Shown piece after piece: positions 48,061 through 57,556 of a DNA stretch of 64,000 nt. The notes under the pieces are model-generated. The model was not told the DNA's origin. It did not search any database and saw nothing but the letters and a program-made list of their open reading frames with translations. Numbering within the stretch: position 1 is the stretch's first letter; each line of letters begins with the position of its first letter. Location of the stretch: IMG/VR virus record IMGVR_UViG_3300021091_005330, positions 1 to 64,000 of that record; one strand, 5' to 3'. The position numbers were made by a program, and so were the translations under genes. This DNA comes from a virus.

Positions 48061-48452
48061 TTTATGTTATAAAATTTGAAAATATCTTTAGAAGAGCAGT
48101 CGTGTTCATACTCTTCTGAGTATACAACATGTTTTATTCCATAGCAAGCTATTAAATTAGCGCAATAACCGCAAGGAAGAAGTGTCACATATATAAAATA
48201 TGGATTATCATATCTAGATATGCAAGATAAAGCATTTACCTCTGCATGTATCATATACCCTCTTCTTGTGTTTCTATTGGTCCAAAACGATTTCTTTACA
48301 TTTTTATTTTGAATTAAACCATTATATCCAGTAGATAATATTCTTCCTTCATCATTTAATACTACTGCTCCTACTTTTCTGTGAGGGTCTTCTGATGTAG
48401 ACGCTATCTGTAAGCCTATTTTCTTAGCCATTAATATAAATTTTTCTTTCAT
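48045..48452 (-). CDS. dCMP deaminase
   Basis: KVGAV, TGYNG, HAEVNAL, PCGYC. Confidence 0.92.
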   Translation of the reverse strand: MKEKFILMAKKIGLQIASTSEDPHRKVGAVVLNDEGRILSTGYNGLIQNKNVKKSFWTNRNTRRGYMIHAEVNALSCISRYDNPYFIYVTLLPCGYCANLIACYGIKHVVYSEEYEHDCSSKDIFKFYNIKCQKI

Positions 48453-48500
48453 TAAAAATATTTGAAACCTATTCTATTTTAAATATAATTTATTGTCAAG

Positions 48501-48842
48501 ATGATAGATATATTAAATCAAATAAGTCTTATAATTTTTATACTAGTTATCTGGTTCAAAACAGAAGCTTTTTTAGAATACTCTAGCTTATTTAAACTAG
48601 ATAAATTATTTAAAATAGATCAGTTTAAAGAATACAAGAAAATTAATATATCTATAGATTATATAACTTATTTATCTGTAAAACATAAAAATTTCTTTAC
48701 CAAACTAATTAGCTGCCCTTATTGCATAGGCTTTTGGGTTGTACTACTCTCTTGTTTATTATTTAATAATATTTTATTCTTGCCATTTTATTATGTTTTT
48801 GGTATTGTTGTGTATAAAATATTAGATAAATATATATTATGA
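48501..48842 (+). CDS. Membrane protein with CPYC motif (DUF1360-like)
   Basis: KLISCPYCIGFW plus hydrophobic helices. Confidence 0.55.
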   Translation: MIDILNQISLIIFILVIWFKTEAFLEYSSLFKLDKLFKIDQFKEYKKINISIDYITYLSVKHKNFFTKLISCPYCIGFWVVLLSCLLFNNILFLPFYYVFGIVVYKILDKYIL

Positions 48843-49123
48843 AAACCATATTGATAGGATCACTAGAGCACCTATATGATTTACTTGTGAATAATGAAGA
48901 CATAATTTACAAAGATGGAAGAATGGCTATAATCAAAGATTATCTTGATGCGGCGTATACTGGATGTTCTTGTCAAAGAAAAAATAATGAAGGTAAAGCA
49001 TTTGAAATTGTAAAGTCTTTAAAAGATACAATAAATCAAACAGTTCTAAAGGAATTAAAAGATAAAAATCAGGCAGAAAAAATAATTTTTCAATTTGAAA
49101 ACGTACTTTCATTCGAATTGTAA
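48839..49123 (+). CDS. Hypothetical protein
   Basis: Coupled ORF, GCSC motif. Confidence 0.7.
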   Translation: MKTILIGSLEHLYDLLVNNEDIIYKDGRMAIIKDYLDAAYTGCSCQRKNNEGKAFEIVKSLKDTINQTVLKELKDKNQAEKIIFQFENVLSFEL

Positions 49124-50139
49124 TGGATATTTACTTTTTTCAATGGATATCTGAACTCGGTGGAGCAGATACAAGACTTAAAGATTTAATTAAATTATTC
49201 AGTAATAATACAAATTTTAATTTACATTCAATACCAAATGATAGTTTTAGATTAAAAGAGAAGCATAATGTAGATTTTCTAAAATCTCATAATGTAAAAA
49301 TTTTAAGTTGGGACGAGCTTCCATATAAACTTAATGGCTTTGCAATTTCTTTTTGTAATTTTAAATTATTTTTAGATAGGTGGAGACTAGAAAGAATTAA
49401 ACAGTCTGGATTAAAATTTATATGGTCAAACGATATGACTTGGAGACTAGAAGAAGAAGTCTCAGCTATTCAAAATGGATGCGTAGATGCACTTTTATAT
49501 ATAGATGAATACCATAGAGACAATCTCTTAAAAGAAAAATATGATTCGCATAAATCTTTTTTTATAGAAAATTATTTTGATATTGAATCGTATCCGTTAA
49601 TTAATAGAAGTAATGATATTTTTTCCGTAGGTAAACACAGCAGACCAGATTATTTGAAATTTTCTGATGATTTTCCGCAGGTTTATGATTTAGGTCTTAA
49701 CTCGGTAAAATATAAAATAATGGGAGTCCATAAAAATTTTAAAGAAAGATTTAGTTGGTTTAAATTCGATGATAAGTGGGATTTGATGGAAGCAAATACT
49801 CAACCTACATTAGAATTTTTAAAATCACTAGACCTATACATGTATAATAGTCATCATTCATTTACGGAAACTCAATGTAGAGCGACAATAGAATCTATGC
49901 TGACAGGCTTACCTGTCATTGCTCCTAAAAAACATAACTTTTTAAAACAAATTATTCATAATCAAACTGGATTTTTATTTAATTCGGCAGAAGAATCTAA
50001 ACAATACGCTAAAGAATTAGCTAGGAATAATAGCTTAAGATATCGAATGGGTAAAGAAGCTAGAGAGCTTAATAAAAGTTTATGGTGCAATGAGCAAAAA
50101 CATTTAGAAAAATGGCAAAAAATATTTAATGCTATATGA
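49123..50139 (+). CDS. GT4 glycosyltransferase
   Basis: GGAD, SRPDYLKF, ETQCRATIESMLTGLPVI, TGFL. Confidence 0.85.
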   Translation: MDIYFFQWISELGGADTRLKDLIKLFSNNTNFNLHSIPNDSFRLKEKHNVDFLKSHNVKILSWDELPYKLNGFAISFCNFKLFLDRWRLERIKQSGLKFIWSNDMTWRLEEEVSAIQNGCVDALLYIDEYHRDNLLKEKYDSHKSFFIENYFDIESYPLINRSNDIFSVGKHSRPDYLKFSDDFPQVYDLGLNSVKYKIMGVHKNFKERFSWFKFDDKWDLMEANTQPTLEFLKSLDLYMYNSHHSFTETQCRATIESMLTGLPVIAPKKHNFLKQIIHNQTGFLFNSAEESKQYAKELARNNSLRYRMGKEARELNKSLWCNEQKHLEKWQKIFNAI

Positions 50140-50936
50140 AAATTTGTTATTGGACTATAGCTTACGGAGAATACGCTTATATGGCTCAAGCTCTTATCGA
50201 TTCTTTTAATAGACACGAAATTCATGGAGACTTTCTTTGTTATTCAAATCTAGAACTTAAAAATTGCATCAATAAAAGCATAGATAAAGATATATCTTTA
50301 GACCTAAACTCTTATTTATTTAAATTTTTATATTTAAATAAATTAAAAGATTTTGATTATGATTATTTTATTTTTTTAGATTGCGATTCTTTCTTTGTTA
50401 GAAAACCAGAGATTGGTATATCTTATATTATTGAAGATGGAGTTCCTTGGCATTCTTTTTTAGAAAGTCCAATAAATTCGTATAAAACACTTAGAAGAGA
50501 TTGGTGGGGCGTAGAAGTTAATGATCTTACTACATTTTATAGAGAACTAGGAGTTAATCACGAAGAAATAAGAAATACAAACGCTGGATTCTGGATCTGC
50601 AAAAAAGATTTTATAGACGAAGCAATAAACTTAGGAATGAAATGCTATAATTATATTTCAAATAAAGGATATAAAATAACAGAAGAAATCCCTATGGCTT
50701 ATATAGCTAATATAGTTAGCAAAAAAGTAGAGAAAAGATTTCATGATTATTATTTTAATTATTGGGCTTCTGATTGGACGGGTGCATTTAGGAACATTAT
50801 TCCATATAACAAAGCTTGGGAATATGAGTCTTATATGACTACTGAAAAATATATTATACAACCAGCCTTAATCCACGCTATGAGAAGTAAAAGAGCTTTA
50901 ATTGATCTTGGCAAAAATATCTTGACCCAATCATAA
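50136..50936 (+). CDS. GT-A fold glycosyltransferase (DxD)
   Basis: YFIFLDCD, NAGFW, TEE, C-terminal His. Confidence 0.65.
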   Translation: MKICYWTIAYGEYAYMAQALIDSFNRHEIHGDFLCYSNLELKNCINKSIDKDISLDLNSYLFKFLYLNKLKDFDYDYFIFLDCDSFFVRKPEIGISYIIEDGVPWHSFLESPINSYKTLRRDWWGVEVNDLTTFYRELGVNHEEIRNTNAGFWICKKDFIDEAINLGMKCYNYISNKGYKITEEIPMAYIANIVSKKVEKRFHDYYFNYWASDWTGAFRNIIPYNKAWEYESYMTTEKYIIQPALIHAMRSKRALIDLGKNILTQS

Positions 50937-50950
50937 ATATAAAATAAAAT
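50922..50950 (+). promoter_or_regulatory. sigma70-type promoter, leaderless geometry
   Basis: TTGACC-17-TAAAAT-7 nt-ATG(50958). Confidence 0.65.
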
Positions 50951-50957
50951 TGTTCTT

Positions 50958-52061
50958 ATGTTTAATTTTAAAGAATCAATAGGTTACGATGATATTTGTT
51001 TGTTACCAAACTTTTCAGATATTGTTTCCAGAAAAGAGGTTAATACGATAACTAAAATAAGTAGGACAAAATATATAGATTATCCAATAATTATATCTCC
51101 TATGGATACTGTCTCTTCAGTTAAAGGCTGTATTAAAATAAATAAATTAGGTGGAGCAGGAGTTTTGCATAGATTTATGTCCGTAGAAGAGCAAGCAGCA
51201 AAAGCGAAAAGAATAAAAGATGAAAGCGGTTTTTGTATTACTGCAATAGGTTTAAAAGATTTTCACGAAAGGGTAGAAGCCACTAAAAATTATACAGATA
51301 TTTATTTTCTAGACACAGCGAACGGTCTATCTAAAAATGTCGAAGACTTTTTAATTCAATTCAAAACTGCTAGTTATAATCAAGATATTATCGTTGGTAA
51401 TACTCTCACTAAAGAAAGCGTCTATAGATTAGCTAATTTAAAAGCTGATGGCTTTAGGCATTTAATAGGCCCTGGGAGTATGTGTTTGACCCAAATGAAA
51501 ACTGGAATAGGTTGTCCTAGCGTTACTGGATTGTATTATGCATGGAAAGCTGCAAGAAATTGGCAACTAGCTAATTTAGATTATTTTAGACACGAAAACA
51601 TTAGCGATGATAATCGCCCTAGTATTTTAGCGGATGGTGGCATAAGATATCCAAAAGATCTTGTGAAAGCTATAGCTAGTGGAGCAGACGCTGTAATTTG
51701 TGGAAGAATTTTTGCTGGACTAAGTGATATAGTTGATGAAGAAAATATTGTAAAAAGGGGAGGAAAGTATTATGCTAAATATAGAGGAATGGCTAGCAAA
51801 GATGTTGTTGAAGATTATGATTTATCCGATGGCTCAAAACAAAATCTTTTTGTAGAAGGAGATACTACGCTAATTCCTTTGATCACCAACAAAACCTTAG
51901 AGGATGTAGTATTTGATTTCGTTAATGGTTTAAGAAGTGCCATGAGTTATCTTGGATTTAGAAATATTCAAGAGATGCGCGGTGGGTTATGGACAGAAAA
52001 AATTAGAGCCATAAGAGTAACACCTAACAGTCTGTACGAAGGTTTCTCTCATGGTAAATAA
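50958..52061 (+). CDS. IMP dehydrogenase/GMP reductase family protein (no CBS domains), GMP reductase favoured
   Basis: SPMDTV, IGPGSMCLT, ADGGI, YRGMAS, GLRSAMSY; flap lacks the Arg-Tyr dyad. Confidence 0.85.
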   Translation: MFNFKESIGYDDICLLPNFSDIVSRKEVNTITKISRTKYIDYPIIISPMDTVSSVKGCIKINKLGGAGVLHRFMSVEEQAAKAKRIKDESGFCITAIGLKDFHERVEATKNYTDIYFLDTANGLSKNVEDFLIQFKTASYNQDIIVGNTLTKESVYRLANLKADGFRHLIGPGSMCLTQMKTGIGCPSVTGLYYAWKAARNWQLANLDYFRHENISDDNRPSILADGGIRYPKDLVKAIASGADAVICGRIFAGLSDIVDEENIVKRGGKYYAKYRGMASKDVVEDYDLSDGSKQNLFVEGDTTLIPLITNKTLEDVVFDFVNGLRSAMSYLGFRNIQEMRGGLWTEKIRAIRVTPNSLYEGFSHGK

Positions 52062-52710
52062 ATATTTAATAATTTCAGACATTCATCTTGGAGACAAAGA
52101 TTCAAAACCAGAAGTATTACTAAAAGTATTAAAAAAATATAAAGCTAAAAATATTATTATTGCTGGTGATCTTTTCGACCATCATAATTTAAAAAGATTA
52201 AAAAAGAATCATTGGAAAGTATTGTCACAATTAAGAAAACTAAGCAAGAAATCAAAAGTAATTTATTTAATAGGCAATCATTGTTTTCTTAATTCAGAGT
52301 TTATGAGCATCTTATTAGGATTTGATTGTAGAGACGAATTAGAAATAGAATTAAACGGAAAAAAGATTTTAATAGTTCACGGCGATATATTTGATATATA
52401 TTTTACAAAGTATAAATGGATTAGTAATCTTATAATTAAAATATATTATTGTGCTAGAAAAACTATTATAGGAGAGATATTCTTTGATATTTTCAAACAC
52501 CATACTAAAAATTTTGTTGAAAAAAGCGGAAAAATAAAATACAACGCTCTCAAATATATAAAAGAGAATGGATACGATAAAGTTATATATGGGCATAGTC
52601 ACATCCCTGATCATGATGACAAATGTATTAATACAGGAAGCTTTTGCGAAGAAAAATGTTCGTTTGTTTTAATTAATAAAAAGAATGAAATTTTGTTAAA
52701 TTATTTATGA
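52051..52710 (+). CDS. Calcineurin-like metallophosphoesterase (LpxH-like)
   Basis: DIHLG, GD, GNH, HGD, GHSH, NTGS. Confidence 0.85.
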   Translation: MVNKYLIISDIHLGDKDSKPEVLLKVLKKYKAKNIIIAGDLFDHHNLKRLKKNHWKVLSQLRKLSKKSKVIYLIGNHCFLNSEFMSILLGFDCRDELEIELNGKKILIVHGDIFDIYFTKYKWISNLIIKIYYCARKTIIGEIFFDIFKHHTKNFVEKSGKIKYNALKYIKENGYDKVIYGHSHIPDHDDKCINTGSFCEEKCSFVLINKKNEILLNYL

Positions 52711-53222
52711 TTGTTAGCGTAGAAAACTTATTAGATTTTAATTGCTGTAATAATTTAATATCTATTTATAAAGATAACAGCGATAAAAGTAAACTATGGG
52801 GAACCTCTTTCCCATTAAATGTTTTTCAAATACCTTTTCGCAAACAACAAAATTATATTTTCGAAGTAAAAAATTTTATTAAAAATTTTGCTGTGAATTT
52901 CTATAAAGAAAATTTAATAGAAGAACATATAGATATTGTGAAGTGGCCTAATGATTCATATCAGAATTACCATTTAGACACAGCAAGAAATACTACAGTT
53001 TTAACTTCTATATCTTATTTAAATGATGATTTTCAAGGAGGAGAAACCATTATAAATACAGAAGAAAAAGCTGTGAAAATTGTTCCCACTAAGGGTAAAA
53101 CAGTATTTTTTGATGGTTTAAAATACTTGCATTGCGTAAATAAGGTTTTTGGAGAAAGATATGTTTTGGCTATATGGTATAAAAGTTTAAATTTAAAAAA
53201 TATTGACTTTAAAGCTACTTAA
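52707..53222 (+). CDS. 2OG-Fe(II) oxygenase, prolyl 4-hydroxylase-like
   Basis: HLD...YLNDDFQGGET...H.V..V..GERY. Confidence 0.85.
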   Translation: MIVSVENLLDFNCCNNLISIYKDNSDKSKLWGTSFPLNVFQIPFRKQQNYIFEVKNFIKNFAVNFYKENLIEEHIDIVKWPNDSYQNYHLDTARNTTVLTSISYLNDDFQGGETIINTEEKAVKIVPTKGKTVFFDGLKYLHCVNKVFGERYVLAIWYKSLNLKNIDFKAT

Positions 53223-53231
53223 TGGTATTAT
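53203..53231 (+). promoter_or_regulatory. sigma70-type promoter, leaderless geometry
   Basis: TTGACT-17-TATTAT-6 nt-ATG(53238). Confidence 0.65.
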
Positions 53232-53237
53232 TTAAAA

Positions 53238-53450
53238 ATGAGCGAAAAAACAAGTTTAAAATTTAATATTTTAAAAAAAATAATTGGAAGAAAGATGGTT
53301 GTAGTTAAAGACTATATTAAAAATCAATATTACTATGGAACAGTTCAGTCTATTGTAGATGATACGACTGTGAAAATAAAAAGTCCTTCTGGAGAAACAG
53401 AAAATATCTCGATTTTTGATTTAAGGTCTCCGTCATCAGATTATGAATGA
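53238..53450 (+). CDS. Hypothetical small beta-barrel-like protein
   Basis: 70-aa ORF with its own promoter. Confidence 0.65.
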   Translation: MSEKTSLKFNILKKIIGRKMVVVKDYIKNQYYYGTVQSIVDDTTVKIKSPSGETENISIFDLRSPSSDYE

Positions 53451-53721
53451 AGAAAAAAAATATATAGAAGTCGAAGCTGAGCAGCTTGACAATGGAGACA
53501 TAGATTTTTCGTCAATAAAACCTTACGTTCAACCTTATGAAAGAGGCCCAATCCATAGAATAGCACCTAAAATGGGTAGAAATGAATATTGCCTAATCGA
53601 AAGTAAAAAATTTAAAGATTGTTGTGGTAAAAATGGAAATAATTTTTGTCATAAAATGCTCGCTACTTTTTTAGAAAAAGCTCAAACACCTAATTCAGGT
53701 TTAGCGAATGAATCAAATTAA
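53443..53721 (+). CDS. SEC-C-like motif protein
   Basis: KMGRNEYC...KKFKDCCG. Confidence 0.6.
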   Translation: MNEEKKYIEVEAEQLDNGDIDFSSIKPYVQPYERGPIHRIAPKMGRNEYCLIESKKFKDCCGKNGNNFCHKMLATFLEKAQTPNSGLANESN

Positions 53722-54721
53722 TTATGTAGATATTATTTTTGGTCTTCAATGGGGAGATGAAGGAAAAGGAAAAATTAGTAACGCTATATCAAATGATTAT
53801 GATATAGTTTGCCGTTGGAATGGTGGGCCAAATGCTGGTCATACGGTTTACATCAATGATAAAAAATATAAAACACATATAATTCCATGTGGAGTATTTA
53901 AAAACAAATTAAGCATTATTGGTCCAAATTGCGTTATTAATATAAAGAAATTTTATGAGGAGATAGAATATTTAAATAAAGAAGGCTTTGACACTTCTTT
54001 GGTTAAGGTTAGCCCTAAAGCACATATTATAACAGAGAAGCATATTGCTTACGATAAACTGCATCTTCAAGAAAAATTAGGCACTACGGCTCAAGGTATA
54101 GCCCCCGCTTATTCAGACAAGATGCTTAGGTGCGGTAATCTTGCTAAAGATTATATTGATAAAAAATATATTTGGGATGAGAATTTATATGGTAAAATAT
54201 TATGCGAAGGAGCGCAAAGTTTTTGGTTAGATATAAATTATGGAAATTATCCATATGTTACAAGTAGTGAAACGTTACCTTATTCAGCTTGTTCTTTAGG
54301 ATTTTCTCCTAAAATTATTAGAGATATTATTGGTATCGCTAAGATTTATGACACAAAAAGCGGAGTAGATCCCCTTTTTCCAAATTCATTATGGGAAAAT
54401 GAAGAAATAAATATGCTTATTCAATTAGGAAATGAGTATGGATCTACTACTGGAAGAAAAAGATGCGCCAATTGGATAAGGCTTAATCACCTTATTAAAG
54501 CCATAAATATTTCTGGTACAACTAAACTTATTTTGAATAAATGTGATGTTATAGAAAATTTAGGAATTTATAAAACTATTCTTGATAGCGCAAAAGATGG
54601 TCCTAATTTTTTAAAATTCATATCATTTGATGCTATGAAAAATTTTATATTTAAATATATTAAAGAAAATACCAACAAAGATCTTGAGATAATTTTTTCT
54701 GGAGATAAATCAAAAATATGA
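53708..54721 (+). CDS. purA: Adenylosuccinate synthetase (short type)
   Basis: GLQWGDEGKGK, GGPNAGHT, EGAQ, YPYVTSS, GSTTGRKR, NKCD. Confidence 0.92.
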   Translation: MNQINYVDIIFGLQWGDEGKGKISNAISNDYDIVCRWNGGPNAGHTVYINDKKYKTHIIPCGVFKNKLSIIGPNCVINIKKFYEEIEYLNKEGFDTSLVKVSPKAHIITEKHIAYDKLHLQEKLGTTAQGIAPAYSDKMLRCGNLAKDYIDKKYIWDENLYGKILCEGAQSFWLDINYGNYPYVTSSETLPYSACSLGFSPKIIRDIIGIAKIYDTKSGVDPLFPNSLWENEEINMLIQLGNEYGSTTGRKRCANWIRLNHLIKAINISGTTKLILNKCDVIENLGIYKTILDSAKDGPNFLKFISFDAMKNFIFKYIKENTNKDLEIIFSGDKSKI

Positions 54722-55461
54722 GTTGTCCATTTTTAAATAAAAATAATAAACCTGAATCAGAAGAGAAACCTTCAAAAAGAGTATTAAAAGAAAAAGATAT
54801 AGAACTATACCTTATGCTTCCGTACGATAAATCTCTTTTGCCCAAAAAACCAGAAATATATAGAGATTGGTGGGAAAAAGACAGAAAAACAATACAGCAT
54901 GCTAAATTTTGTTTACCGCTTTTGATGGCTAATGGTCTAGGTTATGATATATTATCCCCAGCTACATTTGAAGTAGAATGGGATGGGGATGAAAATCATA
55001 ATGCAGATATAAAAATTTTAGAGTCTGCAGCTCATTCAGTAGTAGACAATCATTCTGCTTGTGGGAGTTTTACTGTTCAAGCTCATTTTATCCCCAAAAC
55101 AGAAGAAGGATGCTTTACATTCATCAAAGGAATACCGAATGTACGTAGGCCTTTTTCTGTAATGGAAGGATTAGTCGAAACATGGTGGAATCCTGCTCAT
55201 TTTGGGATCGTGTGTTTGTGCAATTATGCAGGAAAGTTTACTATCCAAAAAGGAGAACCAATAGCTAGAATGGTATTTTTTGACGACACATATATTAAAA
55301 CTAATTTACTTATAAAAGACAATCAATACGAAGTGCATCAAAGAAATGAATTTCTTTCTAAAAGAGAAAAACAGATAGGACATGTATTAGATTATTTTAA
55401 AGGTTTTTTTCCAAATGGTGAAAAAACAAAATATCATTTAAAACCATCCGATTATAAATGA
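54718..55461 (+). CDS. DUF6065-like protein
   Basis: RDWW...HAKFCLPLLMANGLGY, GLVETWW, KGEPIA. Confidence 0.7.
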   Translation: MSCPFLNKNNKPESEEKPSKRVLKEKDIELYLMLPYDKSLLPKKPEIYRDWWEKDRKTIQHAKFCLPLLMANGLGYDILSPATFEVEWDGDENHNADIKILESAAHSVVDNHSACGSFTVQAHFIPKTEEGCFTFIKGIPNVRRPFSVMEGLVETWWNPAHFGIVCLCNYAGKFTIQKGEPIARMVFFDDTYIKTNLLIKDNQYEVHQRNEFLSKREKQIGHVLDYFKGFFPNGEKTKYHLKPSDYK

Positions 55462-56252
55462 ATAAAACTTTAGATATAAAAGAAAATATTCCTGATCTTG
55501 TAGACGTTCCAGAAAACGTATTACTAGCCATAACTCATCATGATGTTTATAAAGAAGCAGCAAAAAATTTGATAGTTAATTTAAATGGTAAAAAATTAAG
55601 AGATTGGTTTATAGATCATGCTTATTTTTGTCTTCCATTAACTATAGCTAATGAACACGGATTTATTTTGAAGGCAGCTTTTGATTTTAGCGTTATTTGG
55701 AATGGAGATGAATGCCCACAAGCAGTAAAAGTTTTTCATGATGGACAGCAACCTCCTTACCAACAAATAAAATCACATTTCGGTATGGGTACAATTACAA
55801 TAGAAACTCCTTGGATAATAAGAACTCCAAAAGGAGTAAACACATTAATAATGAATCCGCCAAATTATTATATAGATGGTATAGTTCATATGTCTGCTTG
55901 CGTAGAAACAGATAATTTACGAAGAAATTTTACGTTTAATTTAAAAATTACTAGACCAAATTTTTTGATTGAAATTAAAAAAGATACGCCAATAGGCTAC
56001 ATGCTTCCATATCCAAGGCATTTTATAGATAAATATCAATTAAAAATTGATGAGGAAGTTATCTCTAAAGAGACTATTGAAAATGAAAGAAAAACTAGTT
56101 CTCTTTTTGGTAGAGAAAGGTCTGAAATAGACACGTATTCAAACAAAAGACAAATAGGTAAAAGATACATGAATGGCGTAGATATATATGGAAATAAATT
56201 TTCAGATCATCAAAAAAGCTTAAAATGTCCATTCGGTTTTGGGAGTAAATAA
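55458..56252 (+). CDS. DUF6065-like protein (paralogue)
   Basis: RDWF...HAYFCLPLTIANEHG, PPNYYIDG, VETD. Confidence 0.75.
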   Translation: MNKTLDIKENIPDLVDVPENVLLAITHHDVYKEAAKNLIVNLNGKKLRDWFIDHAYFCLPLTIANEHGFILKAAFDFSVIWNGDECPQAVKVFHDGQQPPYQQIKSHFGMGTITIETPWIIRTPKGVNTLIMNPPNYYIDGIVHMSACVETDNLRRNFTFNLKITRPNFLIEIKKDTPIGYMLPYPRHFIDKYQLKIDEEVISKETIENERKTSSLFGRERSEIDTYSNKRQIGKRYMNGVDIYGNKFSDHQKSLKCPFGFGSK

Positions 56253-56253
56253 T

Positions 56254-56808
56254 TTAATTACTTTTAATTTGATTTATAAAATTTAAAGTTTCTTGTTTTG
56301 TAAAATCATTTTTCATTACATTGATACAATAGCATACAAATTCAACATTACCTTTAATGTAACCCTTATTTGGGTCTATTCTGTCAAGACTTGCTTTTAT
56401 TGGGGTTTTCTTAATATCTTCATCTCCGCTTGTTCTACCCAATTCCATTTCTAGTCCTGTATATGCACAAAGACCGTTTTGATTATCCCAAAGTTGTTTT
56501 AAATATTGTACATTTAAATCTGTCTCATATCCTTTTTGTTTGCTTCTAGATCTCGCTTTGTTTGCGTGATATTTAAATGGACTATATTCATCTAGCCTAT
56601 TACTTTCATAACCTTTTAATAAGCTAATATCGCCTCTATTTTTTTCTAATTTTTTTGGATTATTTTTATAATCAGCTTTACCAGAGCATTTTAGGCTGCA
56701 GTAAAATTTACCTTGACCAGCTTTAATTTTTCTATTATAGTCTCCTTGTCTTATTTCATGCTCTTTATTACAATTAGCGCAAATTATTTTTATCTTTTTT
56801 ATGTTCAT
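56254..56808 (-). CDS. HNH-type (homing-like) endonuclease with N-terminal Zn finger
   Basis: CANC, YCSLKC, CAYTG, SLDRIDPNKGYIKGNVEFVC..IN.MK; start 56808 fits TAGACA-17-TACAAT-6 (ORF track 56832). Confidence 0.8.
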   Translation of the reverse strand: MNIKKIKIICANCNKEHEIRQGDYNRKIKAGQGKFYCSLKCSGKADYKNNPKKLEKNRGDISLLKGYESNRLDEYSPFKYHANKARSRSKQKGYETDLNVQYLKQLWDNQNGLCAYTGLEMELGRTSGDEDIKKTPIKASLDRIDPNKGYIKGNVEFVCYCINVMKNDFTKQETLNFINQIKSN

Positions 56809-56874
56809 GTAAAGATTGTATGAAGTATACATACGATTGTCTAATAAAAATGCAGACAGGGGGATTCGTTTGCT

Positions 56875-57262
56875 TGGACCCGAAGAGAATTGAACTCTTG
56901 TCTTTTAGTGAATTTAAATTAAAATACTACAAGTTTAGTTATTTTTAGTTTTAGCTTTATATAGAAAAACAACAAACATATTTAGCGATTTTATTTTGAA
57001 TACTAAGCCAATAAAGAACAAAAAAACTTTAAAGACCAAGACATCTAAATACGCAACTATCCATTAGATGTGTCATGGTAATCACGCTGTAGAACTTAGG
57101 CTACAGATACGGTCTCCTCAACTAGAGAAACTCTAGCAGAGATATGACCTTTGTATTTGGCTGTTTTAGCAGTTAATACTTTTAAGGCTTTTTAAAGAGA
57201 CCCACCTAAACCTCTACCTGCATTTTAATTTCGACTCCTAAAATCGAAACCAGTACGGGCCC
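56875..57262 (-). ncRNA. ssrA: tmRNA (transfer-messenger RNA)
   Basis: 5' GGGCCCGUACUGGUUUCGA, 3' GACAAGAGUUCAAUUCUCUUCGGGUCCA; acceptor stem with G3.U70; resume context UAACU-GCU; tag ORF 57170-57096 AKTAKYKGHISARVSLVEETVSVA*; CCA not encoded. Confidence 0.92.
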
Positions 57263-57331
57263 AATGAGAAAGAACTATATTGAATTATACACTATGTTTT
57301 GAATATATTCAAGTTATTATATATAATATAT

Positions 57332-57556
57332 ATGAGTTTTATGGGACCAAGCGCATCGCCAGAAGATTTAAAAAAATCAGAAAAGTATTGGAAAGATGAA
57401 TTAAAATTAGCTTTTAATTTGTTAGACCAAATAATAGAAAAAAAACAATTCGATAATAGTAAAGAAAATAAACCAGGAGAATCTTGGGATTTGCACCATT
57501 TAAAATTACTTAAAAAGACACTAAGAAATGCCGTAGGTCCATTTGAAGTGGAATAA
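57332..57556 (+). CDS. Hypothetical protein
   Basis: ATG 57332 follows TTGAAT-17-TATAAT; ORF track TTG 57299 is the -35 element. Confidence 0.65.
   Translation: MSFMGPSASPEDLKKSEKYWKDELKLAFNLLDQIIEKKQFDNSKENKPGESWDLHHLKLLKKTLRNAVGPFEVE

Noticed and set aside
53708-54721. PurZ / Z-genome (2-aminoadenine) system
   Set aside because: The catalytic Asp of PurA is retained (WGDEGKG, versus Ser in PurZ/PurZ0), the Asp-binding loop is canonical (STTGR), and no DatZ/MazZ-like genes were recognised in the window
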